Below, in pieces: positions 39,601 through 49,674 of a stretch of DNA of 64,000 nt. Both the position numbers and the translations under genes were made by a program. The stretch spans positions 98,181-162,180 of IMG/VR virus record IMGVR_UViG_3300000439_000004. One strand, given 5' to 3'. The notes beneath the pieces were generated by a model. The model was given only the letters and a program-made list of their open reading frames with translations, did not search any database and had not been told where the DNA came from. Origin of the DNA: a virus (lineage: Duplodnaviria > Caudoviricetes). Each line of letters opens with the position of its first letter. Within the stretch, counting starts at the first letter, position 1.

Positions 39601-42390
39601 GCAATTTATCATCAAATAGTTAATGGTTATACACCTTATGATATATATAGTGGAAACACATCATTTAGTGGTAATGTGATTAATGGTAATATACAAACAA
39701 GAATGAGAACTGTTGGTACAAATAGTATAAATTATTGGACAACATTTGTAGATAATTCGAAATATAATACAAGTGATTTAAGATATACTTTTTTACCTTC
39801 AGATGGTGGAAATGAAATAAATAAAAAAAGAATTTTTACATTAGCGGGAATAACCACAACAACAAATACCGAAAATATTTATCAAGCTGAACAATCTAAT
39901 TTAAGAATTATTTGGTCAGATGAAATTCTTAGTTTAACAAATAATTTTAACGGAATAACACATCCATCATATTCTGAGTATAGTAGGACATATAATACAG
40001 GATTAACACCGGATAATATATATGGTTTTGATAAAGTCTATAGAAAAGTGATAGATTTAATTAGTACATTTAGTCCTGATATTTTAAATGAATTTGAAAA
40101 TATATTTTTAAATTTTGCATCTGAAAGTATTAATTCGGAAGTAAGTAATAACCTTTTTGATTTAGTAAAACACGCATCTTTTCAAGATATGTTAAAATCA
40201 TTATGTTCTGTTATTAAAGACCCTAATGATAGTTCATTAACATTAAATGATTTAATAAATACATTAAAAACAAGACAAGTTACTAATTTAAATCAAGTAA
40301 CAAATGAAATATTGTCAGATAATAATTTATTAAAATTAACAATTGCAAATCCTAAAGAAATTAACTTATATGTAATTGAAGGATTTGGTAATAATTCAAA
40401 TAGTAGTTTTACATATAATCCATTTAATGTTGGTCAATTAACAACAGAAAATAGAAATTATATTAAACTATATATTGGTGAAGATATTGATCTATACTAT
40501 GAAAACTTTTTTGAACAAAATAATGTTGAGCTTAGTATGGAAAATATCTTAAATTTTAGACCATTAATATTAATTTATGCTGGTTATAAAAAACAAGGTA
40601 ACACAATATCTTTTAATGATTATATCAATTCTAATATTATAGAACCTAGTATTCAGAGATCATCAACATTTTTAACGAATTTAATTAGAACATTTAGAAA
40701 TAATAATTTTAAAGCAAGTAATAACAAAACTAACATTAAAATACAAGCAGGTTATAATCAAAGAGATGTAAATATTGAATTATATAATTATTTCAAGACA
40801 TTAAATGACAAATGGATTGCTGGTAATTCTATTGGTCAAAGATTATTAATGGATGAATTCTTATTTTTAGATAAAGCCAATAAAGATATTGGTGATAAAT
40901 TATTTTTAGACTTAACTAGATTAACAAGTGTTATTGATGAAAACAACATTGAAAAAGATTTATATAGTGCAATATCTATGATGATACAAGGTACTGGTTT
41001 AGATATGAGACCATTACCATCATATGTTAATTTTTATGGTACTAATTTTTCAACAACACCTAAATTAACAACATCTAAAAATGTTGCTAAAAATATTTTT
41101 GGTACATTCTTAGAAGTTGATTATCAAGAATCAACACCAAAAATTATTATACAATTAGTTGGTTTAAATTCAAAACATTTAGATATTGTTAGTAAAAAAT
41201 ATTTATTTAAAGATGATGGTTTTGATTTATCAAATACAAATAATAATCCATTAATAATAACAACAAATCAAGCATTTACCGTAAGTGATTTTTCAAAATC
41301 AAATAAAGTAGTTGCCTTTGAAGTTAGTTTTGGTGATCAAAATCAAAGTATATTTAAAAGTGTACAACTAGATCAATCAACCATAAAAGAAACAACGGCA
41401 TCAATGTATGCATTGGAACAATTAGCTAGATCTGAATCAGGTGCTGGTGCATATAACGTGGATATTGGTTTATTTGATTATTATAGACAAGCATCATATA
41501 GTTGTGAAGTTACTTGTATGGGTAATGTTATGATACAACCTACAATGTATTTTTATTTAAAAAATATACCAATGTTTAAGGGTTCATATTGGATAACTGA
41601 AGTTAGTCACGATATTAAACCTGGTACAATAACAACAAAATTTACAGGGTCTAGAATACCATCATCATCATTACCTGATCCAAATGATAGTTTTACATCA
41701 AGTTATAAGTCTTATTTTGAAAAAATAAAATCAATTGCATTAACAAAAATTGATTTTACAGCTAAAAATATACCTGTTCAAGTAATAACAGTTGGTAAAT
41801 ATAAAACAGATCCGGGTAACTTTGTTGCAGGTGAAACACTTAACTCATTCTACCAAGATGGTGGATATAGTAAAATTGGTGGAATACCATATAATGGTAT
41901 TAATGGTGATGAAACAATTCAAATGGTCACATATAAAGGTGATAATGGTAATGATCTTTGGTTAAGAGCAAGAGTAGTAAATATGGGAAATGAAACCGAA
42001 TATCCTTTGGATGATAATGTTGCAATGAGTTTAATTAGTAAATTAGATCCAAAAACACATATTATTAACCCATCAACATTACTTTGGTCAGAGTTAAAAT
42101 TAACTACAACTGATAATTATTTTTATTCGACTAAATTTGATAAAAATACAGATGTAAATAAATTAATGGATAACACTATAACTAAATTCTATAACCCTGT
42201 TAATACTAAAATTGTTTTAGTTGAATCATTATATCAATTAAATAGTATGGCCGGAGTAAGATTAGCTCAAGGTCCTGTTAGTATAATGCCAACAGTAAAA
42301 AATTATGGTATTGCCATGTCAGAAAAATTAATGAGAGAACTATCATTGACAACCGGAGATGTGGTATATTTTAGAATTCAAAATAAATAA
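36601..42390 (+). CDS. Very large baseplate hub-like structural protein
   Basis: 1929 aa; C-terminal YSCEVTCMGN..GSYWITEVSHDI..TKFTG hub-like motif. Confidence 0.55.
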   Translation: MANNNLSDNENILIKVDQNNLMYIDPNSVIDNDGNTQPRNIKQENLMMYINLEADLVPRTILASENSPNTLTSIASGTFNMLKNANGDYYDTTWTDSFINKPAENTQVKQNNNDSNTGPSYYNTDSSSQTFGIQSVNIQVKGMNYIPQVDMTFIDVRGKTLFESPENSPYNAFFHLPWPIFYLTVKGFYGKAIRYRLHLVKFNTRYNDNTGNFDITTKFIGSTYAFLTDIPLKGVLNAPYMFPIENNTQPTFNPKTGRYEQMVSKSSRGYTLLKTVYSEYKQKGILPKDFPVKTLREVLVVARSLDKILEREILDQVVNIKVVGALKEYDDILTNFENDIKSWASTNLSAEYVINNDTKEYGYYLSGQDKTTLKNITGLTKNDSLEFKINDYNKKLKESQSLINSITKEKGNPNFIKISSKTTSYVDKYFYLLSGSTQVIVEINKLVNEILDIRKDFNEQNNKFEDFIENKINEIVKDPKKGIGFSPTIRNIFGVLLANAEVFIRMMQETHRKAFEVSDKRKDLIKGFTDETIGNAIYPWPEIKKTFGENKQKVIAYPGEPDLQTKLNSNNPILWPEIDFLENYKSIATQKIDPLTEKEGGVNKSTFVFESNSEEKTINSIGTLSYLINTIPYGDDTPSTTFYEIWERALYYNSFDTFDNDTILELANLESDNIRNSFIEDENILTFLREKVTTPKELQDLLKSSSPFQRYPYFLDSLPTTPYLTDALNVPFSIESNVNMSGTSSNDLDYVKTNNCLLKYTPEEYRKYIYPFNSDLYLSYQKQNNNVYSSLKDYEDKTLKFNGNLSINTKESFIVSPINPKSWVKINNGYTQNLFSQQLNIGTDNVNILNTPYFHKQLLSDYGKNGSFGKYVGSAYLLLNSLPFYDLEDKIDLSNGGNTSIVMSDLFREIGSTHYIPYHLIVKWGSIYHRYKTYLLDGFDILNGFLNTDNTTTIIDGQTFFNNNLTGSSYTAYTLNNNGTNYDVTYDLITNDVGVHPYYDAIYHQIVNGYTPYDIYSGNTSFSGNVINGNIQTRMRTVGTNSINYWTTFVDNSKYNTSDLRYTFLPSDGGNEINKKRIFTLAGITTTTNTENIYQAEQSNLRIIWSDEILSLTNNFNGITHPSYSEYSRTYNTGLTPDNIYGFDKVYRKVIDLISTFSPDILNEFENIFLNFASESINSEVSNNLFDLVKHASFQDMLKSLCSVIKDPNDSSLTLNDLINTLKTRQVTNLNQVTNEILSDNNLLKLTIANPKEINLYVIEGFGNNSNSSFTYNPFNVGQLTTENRNYIKLYIGEDIDLYYENFFEQNNVELSMENILNFRPLILIYAGYKKQGNTISFNDYINSNIIEPSIQRSSTFLTNLIRTFRNNNFKASNNKTNIKIQAGYNQRDVNIELYNYFKTLNDKWIAGNSIGQRLLMDEFLFLDKANKDIGDKLFLDLTRLTSVIDENNIEKDLYSAISMMIQGTGLDMRPLPSYVNFYGTNFSTTPKLTTSKNVAKNIFGTFLEVDYQESTPKIIIQLVGLNSKHLDIVSKKYLFKDDGFDLSNTNNNPLIITTNQAFTVSDFSKSNKVVAFEVSFGDQNQSIFKSVQLDQSTIKETTASMYALEQLARSESGAGAYNVDIGLFDYYRQASYSCEVTCMGNVMIQPTMYFYLKNIPMFKGSYWITEVSHDIKPGTITTKFTGSRIPSSSLPDPNDSFTSSYKSYFEKIKSIALTKIDFTAKNIPVQVITVGKYKTDPGNFVAGETLNSFYQDGGYSKIGGIPYNGINGDETIQMVTYKGDNGNDLWLRARVVNMGNETEYPLDDNVAMSLISKLDPKTHIINPSTLLWSELKLTTTDNYFYSTKFDKNTDVNKLMDNTITKFYNPVNTKIVLVESLYQLNSMAGVRLAQGPVSIMPTVKNYGIAMSEKLMRELSLTTGDVVYFRIQNK

Positions 42391-42429
42391 GAACATTAGT
42401 GAAAATTGAGATATTTATAATAAAACATT

Positions 42430-42633
42430 ATGGATAATAATAAAATAAATAATTCATTAGACCAATTCTTAAATCCAAATGTGGTTAAGAATTTTTCTAA
42501 TAACGGAAAAGAACAAGAAGTTTGTGATTTACAAACTGGTGAATGTTACACAATAAAATCTAAAGACGGTATCGTTGAAAGAATAAATAAAAGATTCATT
42601 ACCGAAGACGGTAGACAATTATTACAAGACTAA
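42430..42633 (+). CDS. Hypothetical protein
   Basis: 67-aa ORF with TATTTATA upstream. Confidence 0.7.
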   Translation: MDNNKINNSLDQFLNPNVVKNFSNNGKEQEVCDLQTGECYTIKSKDGIVERINKRFITEDGRQLLQD

Positions 42634-42638
42634 GAACC

Positions 42639-43337
42639 ATGTTAGAAAAACAATTACACGAAGAATTATTGCGTTACAGAGAAATCAATAATTACGGAAA
42701 AAGATTTATAAATGAACAAGCAGATTTACCTCCAGCACCCGGTGCAGACTCACCACCAGCAGGAGGAGATGTTCCACCTGCATCTGGTGCGGATGCACCA
42801 CCAGCAGGGGGTGATTTAGGTGCTGGAGCACCACCAGCAGGAGATACAGGAACACCACCAGCAGGAGATACAGGAGCACCACCGGCAGATGCACCATTAC
42901 CCGAAGCAGATTCAACAGAAGAAATTGATATTACTGATTTAGTTAATATGACTAAAAACATTAAAAAAGATGTTGAATCAAGTAAACAAGATCATGGTTC
43001 TGTTTTATCTAAAATGGATGATGTATTTACTAAATTAGATGACTTGGCAGCAAAATTATCTGAAATGGATGCTGTTATTCAAAAAATTGATCAATTAGGT
43101 GCTGAGGTTAAACAAATGAAACCTGAAACACCGGTAGAGAAATTAGAAATGAGATCATTAGATTCATATCCATTTAGTCAAAAACCAACTGACTTCTTTA
43201 ATCAGAAACAAGCTGAAATGAGAACAAGTGGTAAAAATGAATATGTATTAAGAAAGGATGATATTAGTAACTATTCTAAAAACACTATAAAAGATACATT
43301 TAACCCTGAAAAAGAAGACGATGAATATAGGTTCTAA
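42639..43337 (+). CDS. Hypothetical protein with PPAG(G)D repeats and a coiled coil
   Basis: ORF composition. Confidence 0.75.
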   Translation: MLEKQLHEELLRYREINNYGKRFINEQADLPPAPGADSPPAGGDVPPASGADAPPAGGDLGAGAPPAGDTGTPPAGDTGAPPADAPLPEADSTEEIDITDLVNMTKNIKKDVESSKQDHGSVLSKMDDVFTKLDDLAAKLSEMDAVIQKIDQLGAEVKQMKPETPVEKLEMRSLDSYPFSQKPTDFFNQKQAEMRTSGKNEYVLRKDDISNYSKNTIKDTFNPEKEDDEYRF

Positions 43338-43692
43338 GGTGAAATTCTTTATGGAAGTTCACGCACAATTTAAAATTAACCATTGGCAAACTAAAGGGTT
43401 TGCTAGACATAATGCCTTTGGTGGTATATATGATGAACTTATTGAATTAATTGATAAGTTTGTTGAGGAAGCCATGGGTAAATATGGTAGATTTGTATTA
43501 GAAGGTGATGATAAGACACTTGAGTTGAAAAATTTAAGTGAAATTGATATGAAATCTATGATTAAGACTATTAGAGAAGCACTTATACAATTTACTGATG
43601 AATTTGACGAGACAGATACTAACTTATTAAATATACGTGACGAAATGTTGGGTGAAGTTAATAAGTTATCGTATCTACTTACTTTAGAGTAA
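43321..43692 (+). CDS. Ferritin/Dps-like four-helix protein
   Basis: HWQTKGFARHNAFGGIYD..DKFVE. Confidence 0.7.
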   Translation: MNIGSKVKFFMEVHAQFKINHWQTKGFARHNAFGGIYDELIELIDKFVEEAMGKYGRFVLEGDDKTLELKNLSEIDMKSMIKTIREALIQFTDEFDETDTNLLNIRDEMLGEVNKLSYLLTLE

Positions 43693-43787
43693 GAAAAACT
43701 TTATTTAAAAAAAACGACTAATCCATTTTTTTTATTGATTTTATTTTACTATATTTGATTTATTACAAAGATATTTAAACAACAATT

Positions 43788-44633
43788 ATGAGTACATTTG
43801 ACGCGGTACTGGCACAGTACGAAAAAAACAAGAATGGTTCTTACAATGGAACCCCACAGATGTCTGAAGCAGACAGATTAAAAAAGTATTTCAACACGGT
43901 TTTACCGAAAGGACAAACCACTGGTGAAAAAAGAATCAGAATCCTACCTACTAAGGACGGTTCAACACCATTCGTTGAAGCTTATTTCCACGAAATTTAT
44001 GTGGATGGAAAGAAAGTAAAACTTTACGATCCAAAACAAGATGGTAAACGTTCTCCTTTAAACGAAGTAAAGGAAGGTTTACTAATGACCAAAAAACCAG
44101 AAGACAAAGAACTGGCAAGACAATATACTTCTAAGAAGTTTTATATTGTTAAAGTTATCGACAGAGATAATGAAGCAGATGGACCTAAGTTCTGGAGATT
44201 TAAACACGCTTCAAAAGGAGATGGTATCTTAGATAAGATTGTTCCAATTTGGAGAAACAGAGGAAATCTTGCAGATATTAAGGAAGGTCGTGATTTGACA
44301 CTTTCATTGTCACTTCTAAAATCAAATACTGGTGGTGAATATACCGCAGTATCATCTATCATCCCTGAAGATAAAGCACCATTACATACTGATCAGTCAA
44401 TTGCTGATAAGTGGATTAATGATGAAATGACATGGGATACCGCTTATGCAAAAAAATCAGAAGATTACTTGGATTTGGTTGCAAATGGTGAAACACCAAA
44501 GTGGGATGCTGATTTGAAGAAATATGTGTCAATGACAGTTTCTGATGAAACTATTGGTAGTCCAAAAACTTCAACACCAAAAATTGTTGACCCACAAGAA
44601 GATGATGAACCCGCAGATGATCTTCCGTTCTAA
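43788..44633 (+). CDS. ssDNA-binding protein (gp32-like)
   Basis: IRILP, VIDRD, acidic tail DDLPF. Confidence 0.8.
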   Translation: MSTFDAVLAQYEKNKNGSYNGTPQMSEADRLKKYFNTVLPKGQTTGEKRIRILPTKDGSTPFVEAYFHEIYVDGKKVKLYDPKQDGKRSPLNEVKEGLLMTKKPEDKELARQYTSKKFYIVKVIDRDNEADGPKFWRFKHASKGDGILDKIVPIWRNRGNLADIKEGRDLTLSLSLLKSNTGGEYTAVSSIIPEDKAPLHTDQSIADKWINDEMTWDTAYAKKSEDYLDLVANGETPKWDADLKKYVSMTVSDETIGSPKTSTPKIVDPQEDDEPADDLPF

Positions 44634-44656
44634 TTTAAAAAAACAATAAACTTTAC

Positions 44657-44703
44657 GGCACAGACTTATTTATTAATTAATATTAATGTCTGTGCCATTT
44701 TTA
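44657..44703 (+). terminator. Stem-loop after the SSB gene
   Basis: ggcacagac..gtctgtgcc followed by Ts. Confidence 0.6.
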
Positions 44704-44716
44704 TCAAAAAAAGAAA

Positions 44717-45703
44717 ATGGCAACAATTAAGAAAAAAGAAATTGGGGATTACAAAAGTAAGTATTCAAGTAAAACAAAATACAAAGAACAAAATTTTTAC
44801 TTTTGTGGTGATGCTTTCTTTAAAGCATCAGGTGTACCGGGACCTATAATGGGTGGAATTAATATGTTTTTAGGACATTCCAACTCATCAAAAACAACGG
44901 CAATGATTTTATCTGCAGCAGATGCACAAAAGAAAGGTGATCTACCTGTTTTTATTATCACAGAGAAAAAATGGGATTGGAAACACGCAGTTGAATTAGG
45001 ATTACAAGCAACTAAGAATTCTGATGGAGAATGGGAAGGTGATTTTATATTCAATGATACATTTGATTATATCGAACAAGCAACAGATTTTGTCAATGAA
45101 TTATTAGATGCACAAGAAAAAGGTGAAATACCTCGTAATTTAGTATTTTTATGGGATTCAGTAGGTTCAATACCATGTAAAATGACTTATGAAGGTAAAG
45201 GTGGTAAGATGCACAATGCATCCGTATTATCTGATAAGATAGGTATGGGTATTCATTCAAGAATATCTAAATCTAAAAAAGAAGATTACCCATATTATAA
45301 TACTATGGTTATAGTTAACCAACCTTGGGTTGATTTACCGGATAATCCATTTGGACAACCAGAAATTAAAGCAAAAGGTGGTGAAGCTATATGGTTGGCA
45401 TGTACATTGGTATTTTTATTTGGTAATCAAAAGAAAGCGGGTATCAGTCATATTGACGCTACCAAAAATGGTAGAAAGGTTACATTTGGTACAAGGACTA
45501 AGGTATCTGTGGTTAAAAACCATATGAGTGGTCTTTCTTATAAAGATGGTAAAATCATCGCAGTACCTCAAGGTTATATTGAGGATACAAAAGAAGCATT
45601 GGAAGAATACAAAAAACAATATTCCGATTATTGGAATGGTATTTTAAGTGGAACAGGAGAAATCGACTTTACTGAAACAAGTAAAGAATTCGAGGAAGAA
45701 TAG
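44717..45703 (+). CDS. RecA/UvsX-like recombinase
   Basis: GHSNSSKTT, WDSVGS, VNQ, KGGEA, VVKNH. Confidence 0.8.
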   Translation: MATIKKKEIGDYKSKYSSKTKYKEQNFYFCGDAFFKASGVPGPIMGGINMFLGHSNSSKTTAMILSAADAQKKGDLPVFIITEKKWDWKHAVELGLQATKNSDGEWEGDFIFNDTFDYIEQATDFVNELLDAQEKGEIPRNLVFLWDSVGSIPCKMTYEGKGGKMHNASVLSDKIGMGIHSRISKSKKEDYPYYNTMVIVNQPWVDLPDNPFGQPEIKAKGGEAIWLACTLVFLFGNQKKAGISHIDATKNGRKVTFGTRTKVSVVKNHMSGLSYKDGKIIAVPQGYIEDTKEALEEYKKQYSDYWNGILSGTGEIDFTETSKEFEEE

Positions 45704-45729
45704 TATTTTTTAACAATAAATAAACATGA

Positions 45730-46758
45730 ATGTCAGTATTACTGGTAGATGGTGACAATCTTTTAATACAAGGTTTTTACGGGGTTAAAAACTATTTCTA
45801 TAAAGGACAACATATTGGGGGAATTTTTCATTTTCTCAATACTCTTAGGAGATCATTTGAGACTTACAACTTAGATAAAATAGTTGTATTTTGGGATGGT
45901 GAAGAAGGGTCTAGAAGTAGAAAACTTATATATCCTTATTATAAGGAAGATAGGAAAACTAAAACCAAGAGTGAGGAAGAAATTAACTCTTATAACTATC
46001 AAAGATCACGTATACAACAATACCTTGAAGAACTTTATGTTAGACAAGGTGAATATAAGTATTGTGAAACCGATGATAATATTGCATATTATGTTCAAAA
46101 TTCACCCAATGAAAACAAAATTATATACTCATCTGATGGTGATTTAACACAATTAGTATCTCCAAATACAAAATTGTTTAATCCATCACACCAAAAATTG
46201 TATAATAGTAGTGATATTATTATATATGAACATCAAGAAGTTTTAATTGAAAATGTTAAGATGATTAAGATGATGTGTGGTGATAAGTCAGATAGTATTT
46301 CAGGTATTAAGGGTCTTGGGGTAAAAACATTTTTATCCCTATTCCCTGAACTGAAAACAACTCCCCTTAGTGTAGACTACATCAAAGAAAAAGGTAATCT
46401 CCTTTTTGAACAAAATAACAAAAGTAAGACAATAACTAATTTATTGACAGGTGTTACAAAACATGGTGTCTTAGGTGACGAGTTTTTCGATGTCAATAAT
46501 CGAATAGTGAGTCTTGATGTACCGTTCTTAACGGATGATGCAAAAGAAGAGATTACTAATTTAATCAATGAAAATATGGATTCTGAGGGTAGGTCGTATA
46601 AGAATACCATGAAGATGATGGTTCAGGATGGAATATTCAATGTTTTACCAAAATCAGAAGATGCGTGGATTAACTTTTTAAATCCATTTTTAAGATTAAC
46701 AAGAAAAGAAAAAAACAAAAAATTAACAAGAACAATTAAAATTAACAATCATGAGTAA
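45730..46758 (+). CDS. 5'-3' exonuclease/flap endonuclease (RNase H-like)
   Basis: LLVDG, YKEDR, ETDD, SSDGDLTQL, GDKSDSISGIKGLG. Confidence 0.88.
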   Translation: MSVLLVDGDNLLIQGFYGVKNYFYKGQHIGGIFHFLNTLRRSFETYNLDKIVVFWDGEEGSRSRKLIYPYYKEDRKTKTKSEEEINSYNYQRSRIQQYLEELYVRQGEYKYCETDDNIAYYVQNSPNENKIIYSSDGDLTQLVSPNTKLFNPSHQKLYNSSDIIIYEHQEVLIENVKMIKMMCGDKSDSISGIKGLGVKTFLSLFPELKTTPLSVDYIKEKGNLLFEQNNKSKTITNLLTGVTKHGVLGDEFFDVNNRIVSLDVPFLTDDAKEEITNLINENMDSEGRSYKNTMKMMVQDGIFNVLPKSEDAWINFLNPFLRLTRKEKNKKLTRTIKINNHE

Positions 46759-47197
46759 CAATCAAGAGTTAACAAAGTTAGAGTTTCTATTAACATTGGA
46801 AGGAAACATCATTTGTCAGAGGTATTTTAACGTTAGGGATTTCAATCCTCAAGCAACAAGGTCGATGGATTTACATGAATATGTAAAAAATATTTGTAGA
46901 AAAATATCTGAAGATTTGAAAATAAAAAGTTCCAATTATTTGTGTGAAAATAAGGAATATATCCTTGGTTTGGAAGATGTGGAAGATACGACCGCAGTGG
47001 AAAATGAATACTTTTTGTTGCAAATTAAACAAAATGATCACGTATTTATTCAAAGAATATTCCCCGCATATGTGTTTCATCCAAAGGTGAGATATACGGT
47101 TGATATTCGTCCAATGTTAAAAAACTTTTTAACCGATTTGACAACAATTATGTCAATGGAAGAATTGGAAACAACCTATTTGGGTTATAATTTATAA
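46751..47197 (+). CDS. Hypothetical protein
   Basis: 148-aa ORF in the replication operon. Confidence 0.7.
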   Translation: MSNNQELTKLEFLLTLEGNIICQRYFNVRDFNPQATRSMDLHEYVKNICRKISEDLKIKSSNYLCENKEYILGLEDVEDTTAVENEYFLLQIKQNDHVFIQRIFPAYVFHPKVRYTVDIRPMLKNFLTDLTTIMSMEELETTYLGYNL

Positions 47198-47215
47198 TTA
47201 AAAAAAAAAATTAAT

Positions 47216-49660
47216 ATGGAAGAAAGGAATTTTGGGTATTTGGGTGCTACGTTTCAACAATCATTAATCAAAGCGATTATTGAGGATAAAAAGTATGGTG
47301 AGAACATCATTGATGTAATAGAATCACGTTTCTTTGATAATAATGCTTTTAAGTTTATTATGGAGAACTTGAAAGAATTATATAGATCATATAATAAAAT
47401 TCCTGATTATAATACGTTAGCTCAAAAGATAATGGCAGAAAACGGTAATAAAGAATCTGCTAGAATTCACATTGACACACTAGAAATAATTAAAAATAGT
47501 GTTGAAACAGAATATGTTAAAGATACCGCACTTAATTTTTGTAAACAACAAAATTTAAAGAGAGAACTTAAAAACGTACAAAGTATTATTGAAAATGGTG
47601 ATTTTGAAAATTATGCAAAAATTGAACAAATCATTCAAAAGGCGTTACAAGTTGGTATTATTAATGATGACGCAACAGATGTATTTCACGATATTGAAGG
47701 TGCTTTAGAGAAAGATTTTAGACATCCAATACCAACAGGTATTGTAGGTATTGATAATCTTTTAAAAGGTGGTTTAGGATTAGGTGAATTGGGTGTTGTA
47801 TTAGCACCAACTGGTACTGGTAAAGCATTACCTATAAGTGAACCAATATTGACTCCAAATGGTTGGATGAAAATTGGGGATATTAAATGTGGTGATAAAA
47901 TTATAGGTTCTGATGGTAATGAACAATTTACAATAGGGGTTTTTCCACAAGGTAATAGACCAATATATAGAGTTGAATTTACTGATAATACTTTTGTTAA
48001 CTGTGATCAAGAACATTTATGGTCAGTTAATACTCTTAATATGAGAACAACAAAAATAAGAAAAAATGGTAAATCTTTATATAAACCAAATAACAATTAT
48101 AAAGTTATGAAAACATCTGAAATGATGTTGGATATAAAAAAACGAGGTAGATATAATTATCGTTTACCTATTGTTGAACCAATTAACTTTAATGAAAAAG
48201 AAGTATTTATTGATCCATATTTATTAGGTTTACTCTTGGGTGATGGTTGTTTAGGTTGTGATACAATACAAATTTCAACTAAAGATGATGAAATATTCGA
48301 TAATATTAAACATTTGAATATTCATACATCATTTAATGAATATGAAAGAGAAACATTAACTGGTATAAAAACAATAAAGAAAATTTTATTAAATTACACA
48401 ATTAAAAAAGATTTAGAAAAATATAATTTATTGGGGACAGAATCTAATAATAAATTTATCCCAAATGATTATTTATATAATTCATTTGAAGTTAGATTAT
48501 CAATTTTACAAGGTTTAATGGACACTGATGGTTATGTGGATAAAAAAGGTTGTACACAAATAATAACAATTTCAAAAGATTTATCGTTAAATATTAGAGA
48601 ATTAGTTTTATCATTAGGTGGAACATGTAATATAACTTTAAAACAACCAACTTTTAAATATAAAGGTTTTAAAAAGTTAGATCAAATGGCATATGTTGTA
48701 ACAATATCTTTTTCAAATAATATTGTACCATTTAGATTAATAAGAAAAATAGAAAGATTTAGAAAAAGAAAAAAATATATTTCACAAAAATTTATTAAAT
48801 CAATTAATTTTTCACATAACGAAGAAGCGGTATGTATAAAAGTATCAAATACAGATGAATTATTTGTTACTAGGGATTATGTATTAACACATAACACAAC
48901 ATTATTAACTAAATTTGCAAACACTGCTTATAATTTAGGTTATAATGTACTTCAAGTATTTTTTGAAGATAATCGAGGTAATATTAAAAGAAAACACTAT
49001 ACAATTTGGTCAGGTATCGCACCTGATGAACAAAGTGATAACAAAGAAGAAGTTTTGTTTCGTCTTAAGGAAATACAAGATAACACAAAAGGTTCAATTA
49101 AATTATTGAAATTACAATCTGATGGTGTTACTATTTCTGAGATTAAATCTAAAATCAGAAAGATGTATTCAGACGGATTTAAGGTCGATTTATTGTTGAT
49201 TGACTACGTTGACTGTATTTCACCTGAAAGGTCAAATAACGGGGAAGAATGGAAGGGAGAAGGGTCAATTATGAGACAATTGGAGTCAATGACCAGTGAG
49301 TTTGAAATGGCAATATGGACGGCAACACAAGGTAATCGTGATTCAATATCATCTGAAGTGGTTACCGCAGATCAAATGGGTGGTTCTATTAAGAAAGCAC
49401 AAATTGGTCACGTTATTTTATCTATCGGTAAAACTTTGGAACAAAAAGAACATAACTTAGCAACTTTAACATTACTTAAATCTCGTATTGGTAAAGATGG
49501 TGTTGTGTTTCAAAATTGTAAATTTAATAATGAATATTTGGATATCGACACAGAGATGCAAAATACGTTATTAGGTCACGAAGAAGAAAAGACAAAGAAC
49601 AATATTAATAGGGCTAGAGAGGCGTATCAAAGGAGAAACCAAATGGCCAATAATCAATAA
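47216..49660 (+). CDS. dnaB: DnaB-like replicative helicase with an intein
   Basis: APTGTGK|TT, IDYVD, TATQGNR, LKSRIG. Confidence 0.9.
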   Translation: MEERNFGYLGATFQQSLIKAIIEDKKYGENIIDVIESRFFDNNAFKFIMENLKELYRSYNKIPDYNTLAQKIMAENGNKESARIHIDTLEIIKNSVETEYVKDTALNFCKQQNLKRELKNVQSIIENGDFENYAKIEQIIQKALQVGIINDDATDVFHDIEGALEKDFRHPIPTGIVGIDNLLKGGLGLGELGVVLAPTGTGKALPISEPILTPNGWMKIGDIKCGDKIIGSDGNEQFTIGVFPQGNRPIYRVEFTDNTFVNCDQEHLWSVNTLNMRTTKIRKNGKSLYKPNNNYKVMKTSEMMLDIKKRGRYNYRLPIVEPINFNEKEVFIDPYLLGLLLGDGCLGCDTIQISTKDDEIFDNIKHLNIHTSFNEYERETLTGIKTIKKILLNYTIKKDLEKYNLLGTESNNKFIPNDYLYNSFEVRLSILQGLMDTDGYVDKKGCTQIITISKDLSLNIRELVLSLGGTCNITLKQPTFKYKGFKKLDQMAYVVTISFSNNIVPFRLIRKIERFRKRKKYISQKFIKSINFSHNEEAVCIKVSNTDELFVTRDYVLTHNTTLLTKFANTAYNLGYNVLQVFFEDNRGNIKRKHYTIWSGIAPDEQSDNKEEVLFRLKEIQDNTKGSIKLLKLQSDGVTISEIKSKIRKMYSDGFKVDLLLIDYVDCISPERSNNGEEWKGEGSIMRQLESMTSEFEMAIWTATQGNRDSISSEVVTADQMGGSIKKAQIGHVILSIGKTLEQKEHNLATLTLLKSRIGKDGVVFQNCKFNNEYLDIDTEMQNTLLGHEEEKTKNNINRAREAYQRRNQMANNQ
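47825..48895 (+). mobile_element. Cis-intein (357 aa), class 3 signature, Ala1
   Basis: GK|ALPISEP..QEHLW..LGLLLGDG..GLMDTDG..AVCIKV..LTHN|T. Confidence 0.92.
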
Positions 49661-49674
49661 AATAAAAAAATAAA

